DNA of 64,000 bases from an uncultured Planctomycetaceae bacterium (GTDB lineage: Bacteria > Planctomycetota > Planctomycetia > Planctomycetales > Planctomycetaceae): the NCBI GenBank assembly GCA_963815195.1, contig CAWFGE010000017.1, positions 160,001 to 224,000 on the forward strand, given 5' to 3'. The notes below the pieces were generated by a model. The model ran no database searches. It saw only the letters and a program-made list of their open reading frames with translations, and had not been told where the DNA came from. A program made the translations under genes and the position numbers. Positions 21,335 to 31,776 of this stretch are shown here, piece by piece. How positions within the stretch are numbered: position 1 is the stretch's first letter; each line of letters begins with the position of its first letter.

Positions 21335-21652
21335 ATGCAAACAGATCTTGGAGAGCCGACATCCTCCAACGTGGCCCGGGCGGAATATGTTTTTGAACTT
21401 TACATTGTGGAGAACGAAGCGAGGCATCGGGAAATTCGAGATTCGGTGACACAGTTGTTCGACGCGCATTTGCGGGACGGCTACAAATTGCGCGTCATCG
21501 ATGTCGCCCGCGAGCCGGAAAAAGCCCATCGGGCGGACGTGCTGGCGACGCCCACCTTGATCAAGCTGCGTCCGAAACCCGCGCAACGGGTTGTGGGGGA
21601 TCTGATCGTGGGCGATTGTTTGCTCGAGGAGTTTGGAATCGCTTCAACTTGA
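21335..21652 (+). CDS. KaiB-like protein
   Basis: FELYI...YKLRVIDVAREPEKAHRADVLATPTLIKLRPKPAQRVVGDL matches the KaiB pattern. Confidence 0.85.
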   Translation: MQTDLGEPTSSNVARAEYVFELYIVENEARHREIRDSVTQLFDAHLRDGYKLRVIDVAREPEKAHRADVLATPTLIKLRPKPAQRVVGDLIVGDCLLEEFGIAST

Positions 21653-21907
21653 AATGTGTTTTCATAATCTGAGCCAGCTCGGGTCTCGACGGACGGAGAG
21701 ACGAACAATCAAGACCGGCGGCTAGCGCCTTGCCGCTCACTTTGGCGGCATGTCCTAGCGCGGACGAAATCAACGAGTGACATGGAAAGCACGATTTCCG
21801 GCAGGATGAGAAACAGCGGGCGAAGTTGAACGTCGCGGGCCGATCCGAAGATCACGGTCGTCATCGTGAGATTCCTTCTAAAACCCTGTTGACGAAGGCC
21901 TGAATGG

Positions 21908-23467
21908 ATGCGGGACATCCCTTTGAATGAATCGGACACCTGGGAATGGCTGAGAGCCGGTTGCGATGACTCCGCGCGGATTGCCGACTTGGAGCGGGCC
22001 CTGGATTTGTGCCACTCCGCCTTCAACGGGATTGTCGAACGCAGCGCCGACGGCGTGGTGGTCATCAACTTGTCCGGGGTGATTTGCTTTGCCAACGCGG
22101 CCGCCGAGGAGCTTTTGGGCCGGCCTGCGAAGCAGTTGATCGGGCAGCATTTCGGGATCCCGCTCACGCCCGGCGATACGGCGGAGATCGAGCTTCTGCG
22201 AAACGGCCGGCCGCACAGCGTGGCGGAAATGCGGATCGTCTCGACGGAGTGGCAAGGCGCCGCCGCGTATCTTGCGACGCTCCGCGACATCACGGAGCGC
22301 AAGCGGGCCGAGGAGCGCTCGCGGGAAGACATCCGCCGCCGGGATATGTTCCTGGCGATGCTGTCGCACGAACTGCGAAACCCGCTCGCGGCGATTTCGA
22401 GTGCGGTGGCGATTTTGGAGCGGACCGACGTCAACCCGCACATCGCCGAGCAGGCCCGGCAAATCATCGACCGCCAATGCAGCCAGATGACCCGCCTGCT
22501 CGAGGACCTGCTCGATGTCACGCGGATTTCCCAAGGCAAAATCGAGCTGCACCGCGAACCGCTCGATCTGGAGATCGTCGTCGAAGAAGCGGTCAAAGCC
22601 GTCGGCGCATTGTTTCATGCGCGGGAGCAGTCCCTGAATGTGGACTACCAGCCGCGGACGTTGTTCGTCGAAGGCGACAGCGTGCGGCTGCACCAGGTTC
22701 TGGTGAATCTGTTGTCGAACGCGGCAAAGTATTCCGATCCCGGCACGACCGTTTGGCTCAGCGTCGCCAGACAAGACCGCGAAGCGGTGATCCGCGTCCG
22801 CGACGAGGGCATGGGGATTCCGCCGGAAACACTGGAAACCATTTTCGAGCCCTTCACCCAGTTGGAAGCCACCCGTTCGCGATCGAAAGGCGGCATGGGC
22901 ATCGGCCTCGCGCTGGTGCGAAGCCTCGTGGAATTGCACGGAGGAAGCATTATGGCGACTAGCAAAGGCTCCGGACAGGGGAGCAAGTTCGAAATCCACC
23001 TGCCCCGGATTTCGTCGCGAACGAAAACCCAGGCACCGCCCAAGGCCCTGCCCTTGGCGGATACGCTGCGGATCCTCGTCGTCGAGGATCATCCCGACGT
23101 GCGGACGATGCTCAAGATGCTCCTCGAAATGCAAGGCTTCGATGTCGAGACGGCCGGCGACGGGGAACGCGGCGTCGAATTGATCGACTTCCAAAAACCC
23201 AACGTCGCTTTCGTGGACATCGGACTGCCCGGCATCGACGGCTACGAAGTCGCCCGCCAGGTGCGGTCCCGGCCGGAAAACCAGTCGGTGTATCTCGTCG
23301 CGCTCACCGGCTACGGGCAGCCGCAGGATTTGGAACTCGCCAAAGAAGCCGGCTTCGATTTCCACCTCGCCAAACCGGTGGACTTGAACGAGCTCACGCA
23401 GTTTCTGGGCGAACGCTCCAAACAACTCGCCGCCGAAACCGTCGCGGAATCGACAAAGCCCTGCTAA
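21908..23467 (+). CDS. PAS-domain hybrid histidine kinase/response regulator
   Basis: PAS (DGVVVIN..G..CFANAAAEELLG, RDITERK), H-box SHELRNPL, N-box NLLSNAAKY, DEGMGI, GMGIGL, C-terminal REC (VEDH, DIGLP, KP). Confidence 0.93.
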   Translation: MRDIPLNESDTWEWLRAGCDDSARIADLERALDLCHSAFNGIVERSADGVVVINLSGVICFANAAAEELLGRPAKQLIGQHFGIPLTPGDTAEIELLRNGRPHSVAEMRIVSTEWQGAAAYLATLRDITERKRAEERSREDIRRRDMFLAMLSHELRNPLAAISSAVAILERTDVNPHIAEQARQIIDRQCSQMTRLLEDLLDVTRISQGKIELHREPLDLEIVVEEAVKAVGALFHAREQSLNVDYQPRTLFVEGDSVRLHQVLVNLLSNAAKYSDPGTTVWLSVARQDREAVIRVRDEGMGIPPETLETIFEPFTQLEATRSRSKGGMGIGLALVRSLVELHGGSIMATSKGSGQGSKFEIHLPRISSRTKTQAPPKALPLADTLRILVVEDHPDVRTMLKMLLEMQGFDVETAGDGERGVELIDFQKPNVAFVDIGLPGIDGYEVARQVRSRPENQSVYLVALTGYGQPQDLELAKEAGFDFHLAKPVDLNELTQFLGERSKQLAAETVAESTKPC

Positions 23468-23478
23468 AAAGAACGCGG

Positions 23479-25640
23479 CTATCTACGTCGGCGGGGGCGC
23501 GAGGGGCGTTTTTGCGGGCGGGCGGTGACCAGACGGAAGTCCAATTCCCGCCGGTCCACATCGACGTGAGCCACGACCACGCGGACGCGGTCGCCCAGGC
23601 GGTATTGCTTGCCAGTACGCCGGCCAATCAGGCTGAACGTCGTGCGGTCGTGATCGAAATACTCATCGGGATCGAGAGCCGTAATGTGGATCAAACCCTC
23701 CACCGGAATCTCCACGCCTTGGCAGAAAATCCCGAACCGCTCGACGCCCGTGATCACCGCGTCGAGTTCATCGCCGATCCGCTCCGCCATGTAGGTCAGC
23801 AGTTTGACCTTGGTCAATTCGCGCTCGGCGGCGGCGGCCCGGCGTTCCGTCAGCGAGCAATGGTTTCCCAGTTTCGCCAATTCGCTGCGGTCCGGCGCGC
23901 GCGGCTTGCCTTTCGCCGTCAGCACTTCATTGAACAGCCGGTGCACCGACAAGTCGGGATACCGCCGGATCGGGCTGGTGAAATGGCAATAGTTCTCGAC
24001 GGCGAGCGCATAATGCCCGAGTTCCGCTTCGGAATACTCCGCCTGTTTCATACTGCGGAGCAGCGCATAATTGATGGCATGCTCGGCCGGCTTGCCTTTG
24101 GCTTTATGAATCACCTCTTGAAGAGCCGGCCGGCTTTGGAATTGCTCCAGCGGAAACCCGAGCGCCTTGGCGAAGTCGGCGAAGGCTTTGAGCTTGAGGT
24201 AATCGGGGTCACCGTGGACTCGCCGCAAAAACGGGAGGCCCCGATCGGTGAGTTCCACCGCGACCGCGATATTGGCCGCCAGCATGAACTCCTCGATGAT
24301 TTGATGGCTCTCATCGTGCACGCTCTCGTGCGCGCCGGTGACCTCGCCGTCCTGGTTGAAGTCGATTTCGATCTCCGGCAGGTTGAGTTCCAGCGCCCCG
24401 CCGCGAACCGGCGATTGCGGAGCATCATCGCGAGCGTGTGCATGTTTTCCAGAAGCTGCCGGACTTTCGCGCTGACCCGCCCGCGAAACTGCTCCGGCTC
24501 ATTAATGATCGGCAGGACCTCTTCATAAGCGAACCGGCGGTTGACCTGGATCGCCGAGTTCGCGAACTCGGTATGGACGGGGACGCCCTCGGCCGTGAAC
24601 TCGACCAACACCGATTTCGTGTACCGCAGCTTGCCCTGCTGCAGACTCGCGAGGCCGTTCGAGATGACCTCCGGCAGCATGGGGATGACCCGCCGCGGGA
24701 GATACACGCTCGTGCCGCGAACCCGGGCCTCGGCATCGAGCAAGCTGCCCTCCTGGACAAAATGCGAAACGTCCGCAATGTGCACACCCAAATGCCAATG
24801 CCCGTCGCGGGTGCGTTTGAGGGAAATCGCATCGTCGAAGTCGCGGGCGTCTTTGGGGTCGATGGTGACGATGATTTCTTTCGTCAAATCGAGCCGGCCG
24901 CCTAAGACCGATTCATCGAAGCGGTCGGCTTCGCGGTGGGCTTCGTCCAAGGCGTCCTGGGAGAACTCCACCGGCAAGCCGAACTCGTGGATGATGGTCT
25001 CCGTATCGACGCCCGGTTCCCCGCGGGGGCCGAGGACTTTCGTGAGCACCGCTTCGCCGGGCCTTAAATGCGAGGGGAAGCGGAGCATTTCGATGACGAC
25101 TTTGTCGTCCGGGATCGCACCTTTGGCACCGGGGTCGCCGACGTACACGGGATCGGTGAAGGTGCTCCCGTCCACGCGGACAAAGCCTTCGTCGCCTTCC
25201 TCAAAATAGGTGCCGACGAAGGTATTGGTCGCCCGTTCCAAAATGCTGACAATCTGCCCGCAGCGGCGGTTTCCGGATCGTCTTCGGCGGGACAATCGCA
25301 CCAGAACTTCGTCGCCGGTGTGGGCGTCGCGGACATCTTCGGGGCTGACGAAAATGTCGCCTCCGCGAAAGCCCGGCACCGTTCCGTGGGGCACCACGAA
25401 TCCGCCGCCGCTGGAAATGCGTTTGAAGATCCCCGCGATCTCGCCGGCCGCTTCCCGCAGGCGGAGCCGGCCGTGCTGGTTCTCCGTGACCCGCCCGTCC
25501 GTGATGAGCCGGTCAATCGCCTCGCGAAACTTGGGCAGGTCCCGCTTTTTGATTTTCAAGTGCTTCGCGAGGGACCCCGCTTTCAAAGGCCGATATTCGG
25601 GATCGGAAAGATGCTCGAGGATTTGATCTTGGTAAGGCAT
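23479..25640 (-). CDS. rnr: Ribonuclease R (apparent frameshift ~24395)
   Basis: TIDPKDARDFDDA, VHIADVS, RGTSVY in ORF 24111-25703; IEEFMLAAN, HFTSPIRRYPDL and an S1 domain in ORF 23479-24321. Confidence 0.92.
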
Positions 25641-25671
25641 CAATGGCATCGAGGATGGAATTGGGTCAAAA

Positions 25672-25794
25672 TGGCGAGCCGGAGGTGTAAGCCTCGGGGT
25701 CACGTGGAATTCTCTGAAACCGGCGTTATCTCTAAACCCGGCGGTATTTCAAGCGCTCGCAACAAACCAGCCGGCTTACGCCGGCCGCCCGCCA
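25672..25794. repeat. REP-like doublet
   Basis: tggcgagccggaggtgtaagcc...ggcttacgccggccgcccgcca, same family as 16903-16989. Confidence 0.7.
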
Positions 25795-25802
25795 GGGCCC
25801 GT

Positions 25803-26780
25803 CTATTCCTCGCCATTCGCTTCGCCTTTGAAGAGCTTGCGTTCCAGGCGGTTGCTGTAGGGGGTCCAGTTGGAGCCGGCGTTGGGGTCGTCTTCGATCG
25901 AGCGCGCGAACTCGTGCACCTTGGCGTCGAGGTTGTCCAGATGATGGAGGGCAATCGCCTCCGGCGTCATGGGGAGTTTGGCGCTCCCGTATTCCAGCCG
26001 CCCGTGATGGCTGAGGATCATGTGCTTCAGCCGCAAGAGCGTTTCCGTGGGGAACGGCTCGCCGGTAAGCTTCTCGGCCTCGGCGACTTTCTCATTGAGG
26101 ATTTCCACGCCGATCATCAGATGCCCCAAAAGCTGGCCTTCGTCGGTGTAGATGAACGACGCTTCGTAACCCAACTCGCGAATTTTGCCGATGTCGTGCA
26201 GAAAAATGCCCGCGAGCAGCAGGTTCAAATCGATCTTGGGATAGAGGTCCGCAATCCGCCGGGCGGTTTCCATGATGTTGACAACGTGCTCGATCAGCCC
26301 GCCGTGGTAGGCATGATGGGCCTTGATGCCGGCCGGAGCCTGGCTGAACTGCCGCATGAGTTCTTCATCGATCAGAAAGCACTCCATCAAGCTTTTGAGG
26401 GGCGGGTCGTCGATGGAGAGCAGAATCTCCTTGAGCTGCCCTTGCAGGCGTTCGACCTCCACGCCGGTGCTCGGATGAAAATCCGCCGGGTCCAAACCTT
26501 CCGAGGGCACGGCGTTGATGTGGGTCACGATGACCTGGAGCGTGCCCTGATAAAGCTGCACCTTGCCGCGGACGCGAACGTAATCTCCCGCATTGAGATG
26601 CGCCACCGAGTCTTCCGTCACGTTCCACATCAGCCCGCTGATGACGCCCGTGCAATCGCGAAGGCTGGCGAGCAGATACAGGTTCGCGTTGCGGTTCGCC
26701 CGAAGCTGTTTGTCGGTCAGGAGAAAAATATCGTCGACGGCATCGCCGTCGCCCAGTTGATTCAAAAAACGCCGCGTCAT
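25803..26780 (-). CDS. yhaM: 3'-5' exoribonuclease YhaM/Cbf1 family (OB-fold plus HD domain)
   Basis: L.D.TG.I.G.MW OB fold, PA...[40 protein letters not shown]. Confidence 0.9.
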   Translation of the reverse strand: MTRRFLNQLGDGDAVDDIFLLTDKQLRANRNANLYLLASLRDCTGVISGLMWNVTEDSVAHLNAGDYVRVRGKVQLYQGTLQVIVTHINAVPSEGLDPADFHPSTGVEVERLQGQLKEILLSIDDPPLKSLMECFLIDEELMRQFSQAPAGIKAHHAYHGGLIEHVVNIMETARRIADLYPKIDLNLLLAGIFLHDIGKIRELGYEASFIYTDEGQLLGHLMIGVEILNEKVAEAEKLTGEPFPTETLLRLKHMILSHHGRLEYGSAKLPMTPEAIALHHLDNLDAKVHEFARSIEDDPNAGSNWTPYSNRLERKLFKGEANGEE

Positions 26781-27214
26781 AAGACCAATTGTTCTGTGGG
26801 GAAATTCGGAGCCTTAACACTGGCCCTTATGGTAGGCGGACGCCTTTGCGCCAACAAGGGTTGGGGGAGAAGTGAGAAGTGGCGGCACCCGGCGTGTGTT
26901 TCGCAGCGGAGTTTTTTTGAGTCTGGGCGGGCCCAGAGGAACCGAGATGTCTTGGGGCCTCGGCGGGTTGAGCAATCCCGCCGCTCATCGCGTTTGGCGT
27001 GCGGTCAGCCGCGCTTTATTTTCCCACGGCGATTTTTCCCACGCCCACAACCGGGTGGGGCTTCTTTCTCGGTCCTCCCAATCGAGTGCCGCAGGGCGGG
27101 CGAACTTGAAATGGTCACGAACCGACCTTTATCATTACAGTCAACCCAGCGTGTGTTGGTGGAACACCTTGAGAAGCGGCGCCTCAATCACTCTTTAACA
27201 CGAAGGAAACGACC

Positions 27215-27580
27215 ATGAACTTTGAAGTCACGGAAGTTGCGGAGGGGCGAATTATCGAGGTTCAGCTGACGGGGAAGCTGACCAAGGAAGCCTACGATCA
27301 TTTCGTGCCGTTGACGGAGGAGCGGATCAAGCAGTTTGGGAAGGTGCGGATGCTGGTGATTATGCACGACTTCCACGGCTGGACGGCCGGGGCGTTGTGG
27401 GAGGACATCAAGTTCGATGTCAAGCACTTCAACGACATCGAGCGGCTGGCGATTGTGGGCGAGAGCAAATGGGAAAAAGGCATGTCCGCCTTCTGCCGGC
27501 CTTTCACGACCGCGAAGATCAAGTATTTCGACATCGCCGACATCGAAGCCGCGAGGCAGTGGATCGAAGCGGAAGATTAG
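27215..27580 (+). CDS. STAS/SEC14 (SpoIIAA-like) domain protein
   Basis: GKLTKEAYD, F.GW...ALWED.KF, LAIVG..KWE, YF....AARQWI. Confidence 0.88.
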   Translation: MNFEVTEVAEGRIIEVQLTGKLTKEAYDHFVPLTEERIKQFGKVRMLVIMHDFHGWTAGALWEDIKFDVKHFNDIERLAIVGESKWEKGMSAFCRPFTTAKIKYFDIADIEAARQWIEAED

Positions 27581-27626
27581 CATCCGACAGTGCAGCCGAC
27601 ATCGAATAGCCATTCGGAGGTCGGCA

Positions 27627-27724
27627 TAGCCGCGAAGCGGCGACAGCATATCGCTGCGGGCGTGAGCCCGCAGATTAGGCTCAAATCCCTTCAATGCGAA
27701 ATTGCTAGCGCCGCTTCGCGGCTA
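27627..27724. repeat. REP-like palindrome (tagccgcgaagcggcg...cgccgcttcgcggcta)
   Basis: Terminal inverted repeats with an internal ctgcgggcgtgagcccgcag hairpin. Confidence 0.75.
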
Positions 27725-27742
27725 TCACTCTTATCGCTGTCT

Positions 27743-28921
27743 ATGACCAATCGCATCTACCTCGACAATGCTGCGACGAGTTTTCCCAAGCCGGTGGCGG
27801 TTTATGCCGCGATGGATAACTATCACCGCAACCTCGGGGCGCCGGTGGGGCGGGGGGCTTATCAGGCGGCGATGGATGTGCAGAGCGTCGTCCGGCGGTG
27901 CCGAAAGCGGGCGGCGGAACTGTTGGGGGCGGAAAGCACGGACCGAGTGCTGTTCACGTTCAACGGCACGGACAGTTTGAACATCGCGCTGCATGGCCTG
28001 TTGCAGCCGGGCGAGCATGTGGTGACGTCGGCGATGGAACATAACTCCGTCTTAAGGCCGCTCCGCTGGCTCGAAGAACACAAGGGCGTAAAAGTCACCC
28101 GCGTCCCGGCGGATGTCAATGGTCAAATCGAACCGGCGGAGATACGGCGGGCGATTCGGCCGGGCACCCGGTTGGTGGCGATGATTCATGCGTCCAACGT
28201 CACCGGCGGGCTTCAGCCGATTGCCGAGGTCTCGGAGATCGCGACATCGGCGGGGGCGTTGTTCCTGGTCGATGCAGCGCAGTCGGCGGGGCATGTGCCG
28301 ATCGATGTCCAAGCCCTCGGGATCGATCTCTTGGCCTGTCCCGGCCATAAAGGACTCTTGGGTCCGTTGGGGACCGGGTTACTCTATATCAAAACCGGCC
28401 TTGAGGATTCGGTCGAAAGCCTCCGGCAAGGCGGGACCGGGTCGCGGAGCGAGGATGATCACCAACCCGCATCGTTCCCTGACAAGCACGAATCGGGCAA
28501 CCACAATGCGCCCGGCCTCTTCGGTTTGGAAGCGGGACTGGCATGGCTCGCCGATCAGGATCCCGCTCGGCTCCGGCGGCATGAAATCGATCTCACCGGG
28601 CAGTTTGTGGAAGGCCTCGCGGGCATGCCGAATGTCACGGTGTATGGGGCGAAGGATCCGGAACAGCAAGTCGGCGTGGTGAGCCTCAACGTCGAAGGCT
28701 ACGAGCCGCAGGTCTTGGCTTCGATTCTGGATGAGAATTTTCAGATCCAGATCCGAGCGGGTTTTCATTGCGCCCCGCTCGCCCATCAAACGCTGGGCAC
28801 CGCGGACCTCGGCGGCACGGTCCGTTTCAGCTTTGGCCCTTTCACCACGAGCGAACATATCGAGGCCGCGCTCGAAGCCTTGAAAGAAATCGCGGGGGTG
28901 TCGCGCTGTTGCAAGCGGTGA
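27743..28921 (+). CDS. Cysteine desulfurase family (class V PLP enzyme)
   Basis: IYLDNAATSFPKP, EHNSV, HASNVTG, DAAQSAG, GHKGLLGP, RAGFHCAP. Confidence 0.9.
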   Translation: MTNRIYLDNAATSFPKPVAVYAAMDNYHRNLGAPVGRGAYQAAMDVQSVVRRCRKRAAELLGAESTDRVLFTFNGTDSLNIALHGLLQPGEHVVTSAMEHNSVLRPLRWLEEHKGVKVTRVPADVNGQIEPAEIRRAIRPGTRLVAMIHASNVTGGLQPIAEVSEIATSAGALFLVDAAQSAGHVPIDVQALGIDLLACPGHKGLLGPLGTGLLYIKTGLEDSVESLRQGGTGSRSEDDHQPASFPDKHESGNHNAPGLFGLEAGLAWLADQDPARLRRHEIDLTGQFVEGLAGMPNVTVYGAKDPEQQVGVVSLNVEGYEPQVLASILDENFQIQIRAGFHCAPLAHQTLGTADLGGTVRFSFGPFTTSEHIEAALEALKEIAGVSRCCKR

Positions 28922-28956
28922 CGAGCGGAGCTCCAGGTGGGGACTCTTTGTGGGGT

Positions 28957-30552
28957 TCATTGACCCGGACTTCGCTCCAACGGGGCGAACTGCTCGACCA
29001 GGCTGCGGGCGGAGCGGAGGCCGTCCACGGCTGCGGTGACGATGCCGCCCGCGTAGCCCGCTCCTTCGCCCACTGGATAGAGTCCCGCGATGTTCGGGCA
29101 CTGGCGGGTTCGGGGGTCGCGGTCGATGCGGACGGGCGAACTGCCGCGCATTTCGGGTCCGACGAGAATCGCGTGCTCCAAATAACTCCCGCCCCATTTG
29201 CGATTCAGCACCGGCAGACCCTTTTGTAGCGCCTTCACCACCGGCGGCGGGATGACCTCGGCGAGGTTCACCGAATGCGTCCCGCGCTCGTACGAACACT
29301 CCAAAACTCCATCGGACACTCGGTCGTCCAGAAAATCGCGGGCGGTTTGGATCGGCGAAAAATAATTCCCGCCCGCCAAGCGGAACGCGGCCGCTTCGTA
29401 CCGGCGCTGCACTTCCACACCCGCGAGCGGATGGTCGGACCCGAACTCTGCGGGTTCCAATGTGACGACCAGACCGCTGTTGGCGAACGGCGTGTCGTGC
29501 CGGCTGTTGCTCATGCCGTTGGAGCAGAACATGTTCGGCTCGGAGATGCTGGGAATAATGATCCCGCCCGCGCACATGCAGAAGGTAAACAGGTCCCGCT
29601 CTCCCGGCGCGACCAGCGAATAATCCGCCGCTCCCAAAATGTCGAGGTACTCCGGCCGGCCGTATTTATGGCGGTTGACCTCGACTTGCGAATGCTCGAT
29701 CCGAAGGCCCAATTGGAAGGCTTTGGGGACCATCGGCACGCCGAGCTCGTGAAGCATCCGGTAGGTGTCGCGGGCGCTGTGGCCAATGCCGAGGATCGCC
29801 TGCGACGTGGCGATGTCGCCGCTGGACGTGCCGATGCCCGTGATTCGGCCGTCCGTGATGTGCAGTTTTTCCAGTCGGCAGCCGAAGCGGTATTCGCCGC
29901 CCAGGGCTTCGATCCGCCGGCGAAAGTTGCGGCAGATCATCGGCAGTTTGTTGCTGCCCAGGTGCGGACGGTGCTCGTAAACCAGCGAAGGCCGGCCGCC
30001 GCATTCCACGAATCGCTCCAGAACCCAATCCACGTCGGGGCCGGTGATTCGGCAGGTCAGTTTGCCGTCGCTGAAACAGCCCGCCCCGCCTTCGCCGAAG
30101 AGATAATTGTTCTCTTCGTCGTGCGGGCCGCCGGCGTCGAAGGCCCGGATCGCGGGCACGCGTTCTTTCACGGCCTGTCCGCGTTCGATGACCAGCGGAC
30201 GGTAGCCTTTCTTCGCCAGGTAATAGGCGGCCAACAACCCCGCCGGGCCCGATCCCACCACCACCGGCCGCTCGGTTAACGGCGACTCGCCCGGGACCGG
30301 ATCATAAAACGGCTTCGAGACAAACGAATCGACATCCTTCTGCCGGGACAGCGTCCGCGATTCGGCGAACTCGGCGGGAAGTTGCACGACCGCGGAATAC
30401 ACAAACCGCAACTCGTACCGCTTCCGGGCGTCGAGGCTCTTTCGCAAAATCCGCCACGACAAGAGGTGCTCCACCCCCACGCCTAAGCGGGCCGCGATCT
30501 GCCGAGGCAGTGCAGTCTCCGGTTCCTCCACGGAGAGCCGCAGATTCGTCAC
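28957..30552 (-). CDS. FAD/NAD(P)-dependent oxidoreductase (uncharacterised family)
   Basis: VVGSGPAGL, FGEGGAG.FSDGKL, GHSARD, FCMC.GG, GEGAGYAGGI. Exact start uncertain. Confidence 0.88.
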   Translation of the reverse strand: MTNLRLSVEEPETALPRQIAARLGVGVEHLLSWRILRKSLDARKRYELRFVYSAVVQLPAEFAESRTLSRQKDVDSFVSKPFYDPVPGESPLTERPVVVGSGPAGLLAAYYLAKKGYRPLVIERGQAVKERVPAIRAFDAGGPHDEENNYLFGEGGAGCFSDGKLTCRITGPDVDWVLERFVECGGRPSLVYEHRPHLGSNKLPMICRNFRRRIEALGGEYRFGCRLEKLHITDGRITGIGTSSGDIATSQAILGIGHSARDTYRMLHELGVPMVPKAFQLGLRIEHSQVEVNRHKYGRPEYLDILGAADYSLVAPGERDLFTFCMCAGGIIIPSISEPNMFCSNGMSNSRHDTPFANSGLVVTLEPAEFGSDHPLAGVEVQRRYEAAAFRLAGGNYFSPIQTARDFLDDRVSDGVLECSYERGTHSVNLAEVIPPPVVKALQKGLPVLNRKWGGSYLEHAILVGPEMRGSSPVRIDRDPRTRQCPNIAGLYPVGEGAGYAGGIVTAAVDGLRSARSLVEQFAPLERSPGQ

Positions 30553-30670
30553 CCGCAGCGTCAGCCGGTTCTTTGGGTTCGGTTTTGATGTGTGGACTCT
30601 CTTGCAATGCTTCCGACGTTCCGACGGTTGTTCTCAAAGCATTGTAGGGAGTGCGTGACGAATGAAAAGT

Positions 30671-31465
30671 TCACCGATTCATGGACGCCGGCTGAGGCAA
30701 ATACCGCATCGCCGGCAATCGCAGGACTTGCGTATGATACCCCGTCTCGTCCAGATCGAAAATCCGATAGCCCGGCGGATCGTCAGTATAGGAGGATTCC
30801 TCGCCGGTGGGCTCGAATTGGATCGCGGTCGAGGGCGTGGTCAGCACGTCGGCCCGTCCAAGCTTTCCCTCGAACACATGATGCACGTGCCCCGTCGCCA
30901 CGCAACGGATTTCCGGGTGGGCCGCGATGAGTTCCCGCAGCGGTTCGGGATGCTCGAGCGCGATCCGATCCAGCCAAGGGCTGCCGACCGGGATCGGCGG
31001 ATGATGCATGAACACGAGCGCGGGCCGGCCCTCGTTCTGTGCCAGTTGCTCTCGGAACCACTTCCGTTGCGCCGTCGAAATGCGGCCCGAAATTTCGCCG
31101 GGCCGGTGCGTGTCCAGGCCGAGAATTCTCCAGCCGCCGATGCTTTCCGCAAAGGACAAAAACTCGCCGGTTTGCGGGACGATTTGGGGAAACACCTCCC
31201 GCAGGCCGGGACGGTTGTCGTGATTGCCCGGCACAAGCCGGCAGCGGCCGAGCCAATCGCCCAAATCCTCCCGCAGCAGCCGATACGTTTCCGCGAGTTC
31301 ATCGTGGGCCAAATCGCCCGTCAGCACCAACAGATCCCAAGGCTCCGCATGGTCCCGCAGGTGACCCAGGACCTCGCGAAACGTCTCCCAAGTCGGCACG
31401 CCCTTCAACCGTTCCCCCCGATCCTTGCACAAATGCAAATCGGTCAATTGCACAATCCGAGCCAT
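30671..31465 (-). CDS. CpdA/Icc-type metallophosphoesterase (cyclic nucleotide phosphodiesterase-like)
   Basis: TDLHL, TGDL, PGNHD, HHPP, GHVH motifs. Confidence 0.9.
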   Translation of the reverse strand: MARIVQLTDLHLCKDRGERLKGVPTWETFREVLGHLRDHAEPWDLLVLTGDLAHDELAETYRLLREDLGDWLGRCRLVPGNHDNRPGLREVFPQIVPQTGEFLSFAESIGGWRILGLDTHRPGEISGRISTAQRKWFREQLAQNEGRPALVFMHHPPIPVGSPWLDRIALEHPEPLRELIAAHPEIRCVATGHVHHVFEGKLGRADVLTTPSTAIQFEPTGEESSYTDDPPGYRIFDLDETGYHTQVLRLPAMRYLPQPASMNR

Positions 31466-31477
31466 GATGCTCCCTGA

Positions 31478-31527
31478 AACCACGAAACAAAAAAGAAGAA
31501 ACCACGAATTCCACGAATAACACGAAT
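31478..31527. repeat. aaccacgaa/cacgaa short repeat cluster
   Basis: aaccacgaaac...aaccacgaattccacgaataacacgaat. Similar cluster at 58838-58866. Confidence 0.6.
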
Positions 31528-31776
31528 GGAGGGGAGATTCAAAATGGAATCTATGAATAAAATAGGAAGACTGGGTGGAAACAAGCCGCTTCCCACGTTT
31601 CCATCCGCAATCCTCACCCTGCATTAACTGGGGCTTGCGGGCTTAGTCTTGGTGATTTCGTGCTTGACGAGCTCAATCTCCCCGTCTCCCCTCTTGGCTT
31701 CCCCCTGGCTTCCGAGACCGGGTTTATGCAACAATAACCTTCGATGCGAACGCAAAACGACCGAGCGGAGGTGGGC

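Noticed and set aside
21335..21652. Complete circadian clock
   Set aside because: No kaiC or kaiA in the window.
23479..25640. rnr, pabB, PPK2, nitrilase and others as true pseudogenes or programmed frameshifts
   Set aside because: Single indels with intact motifs on both sides, no slippery heptamers and a shared GCGC context. Sequencing error is more parsimonious.
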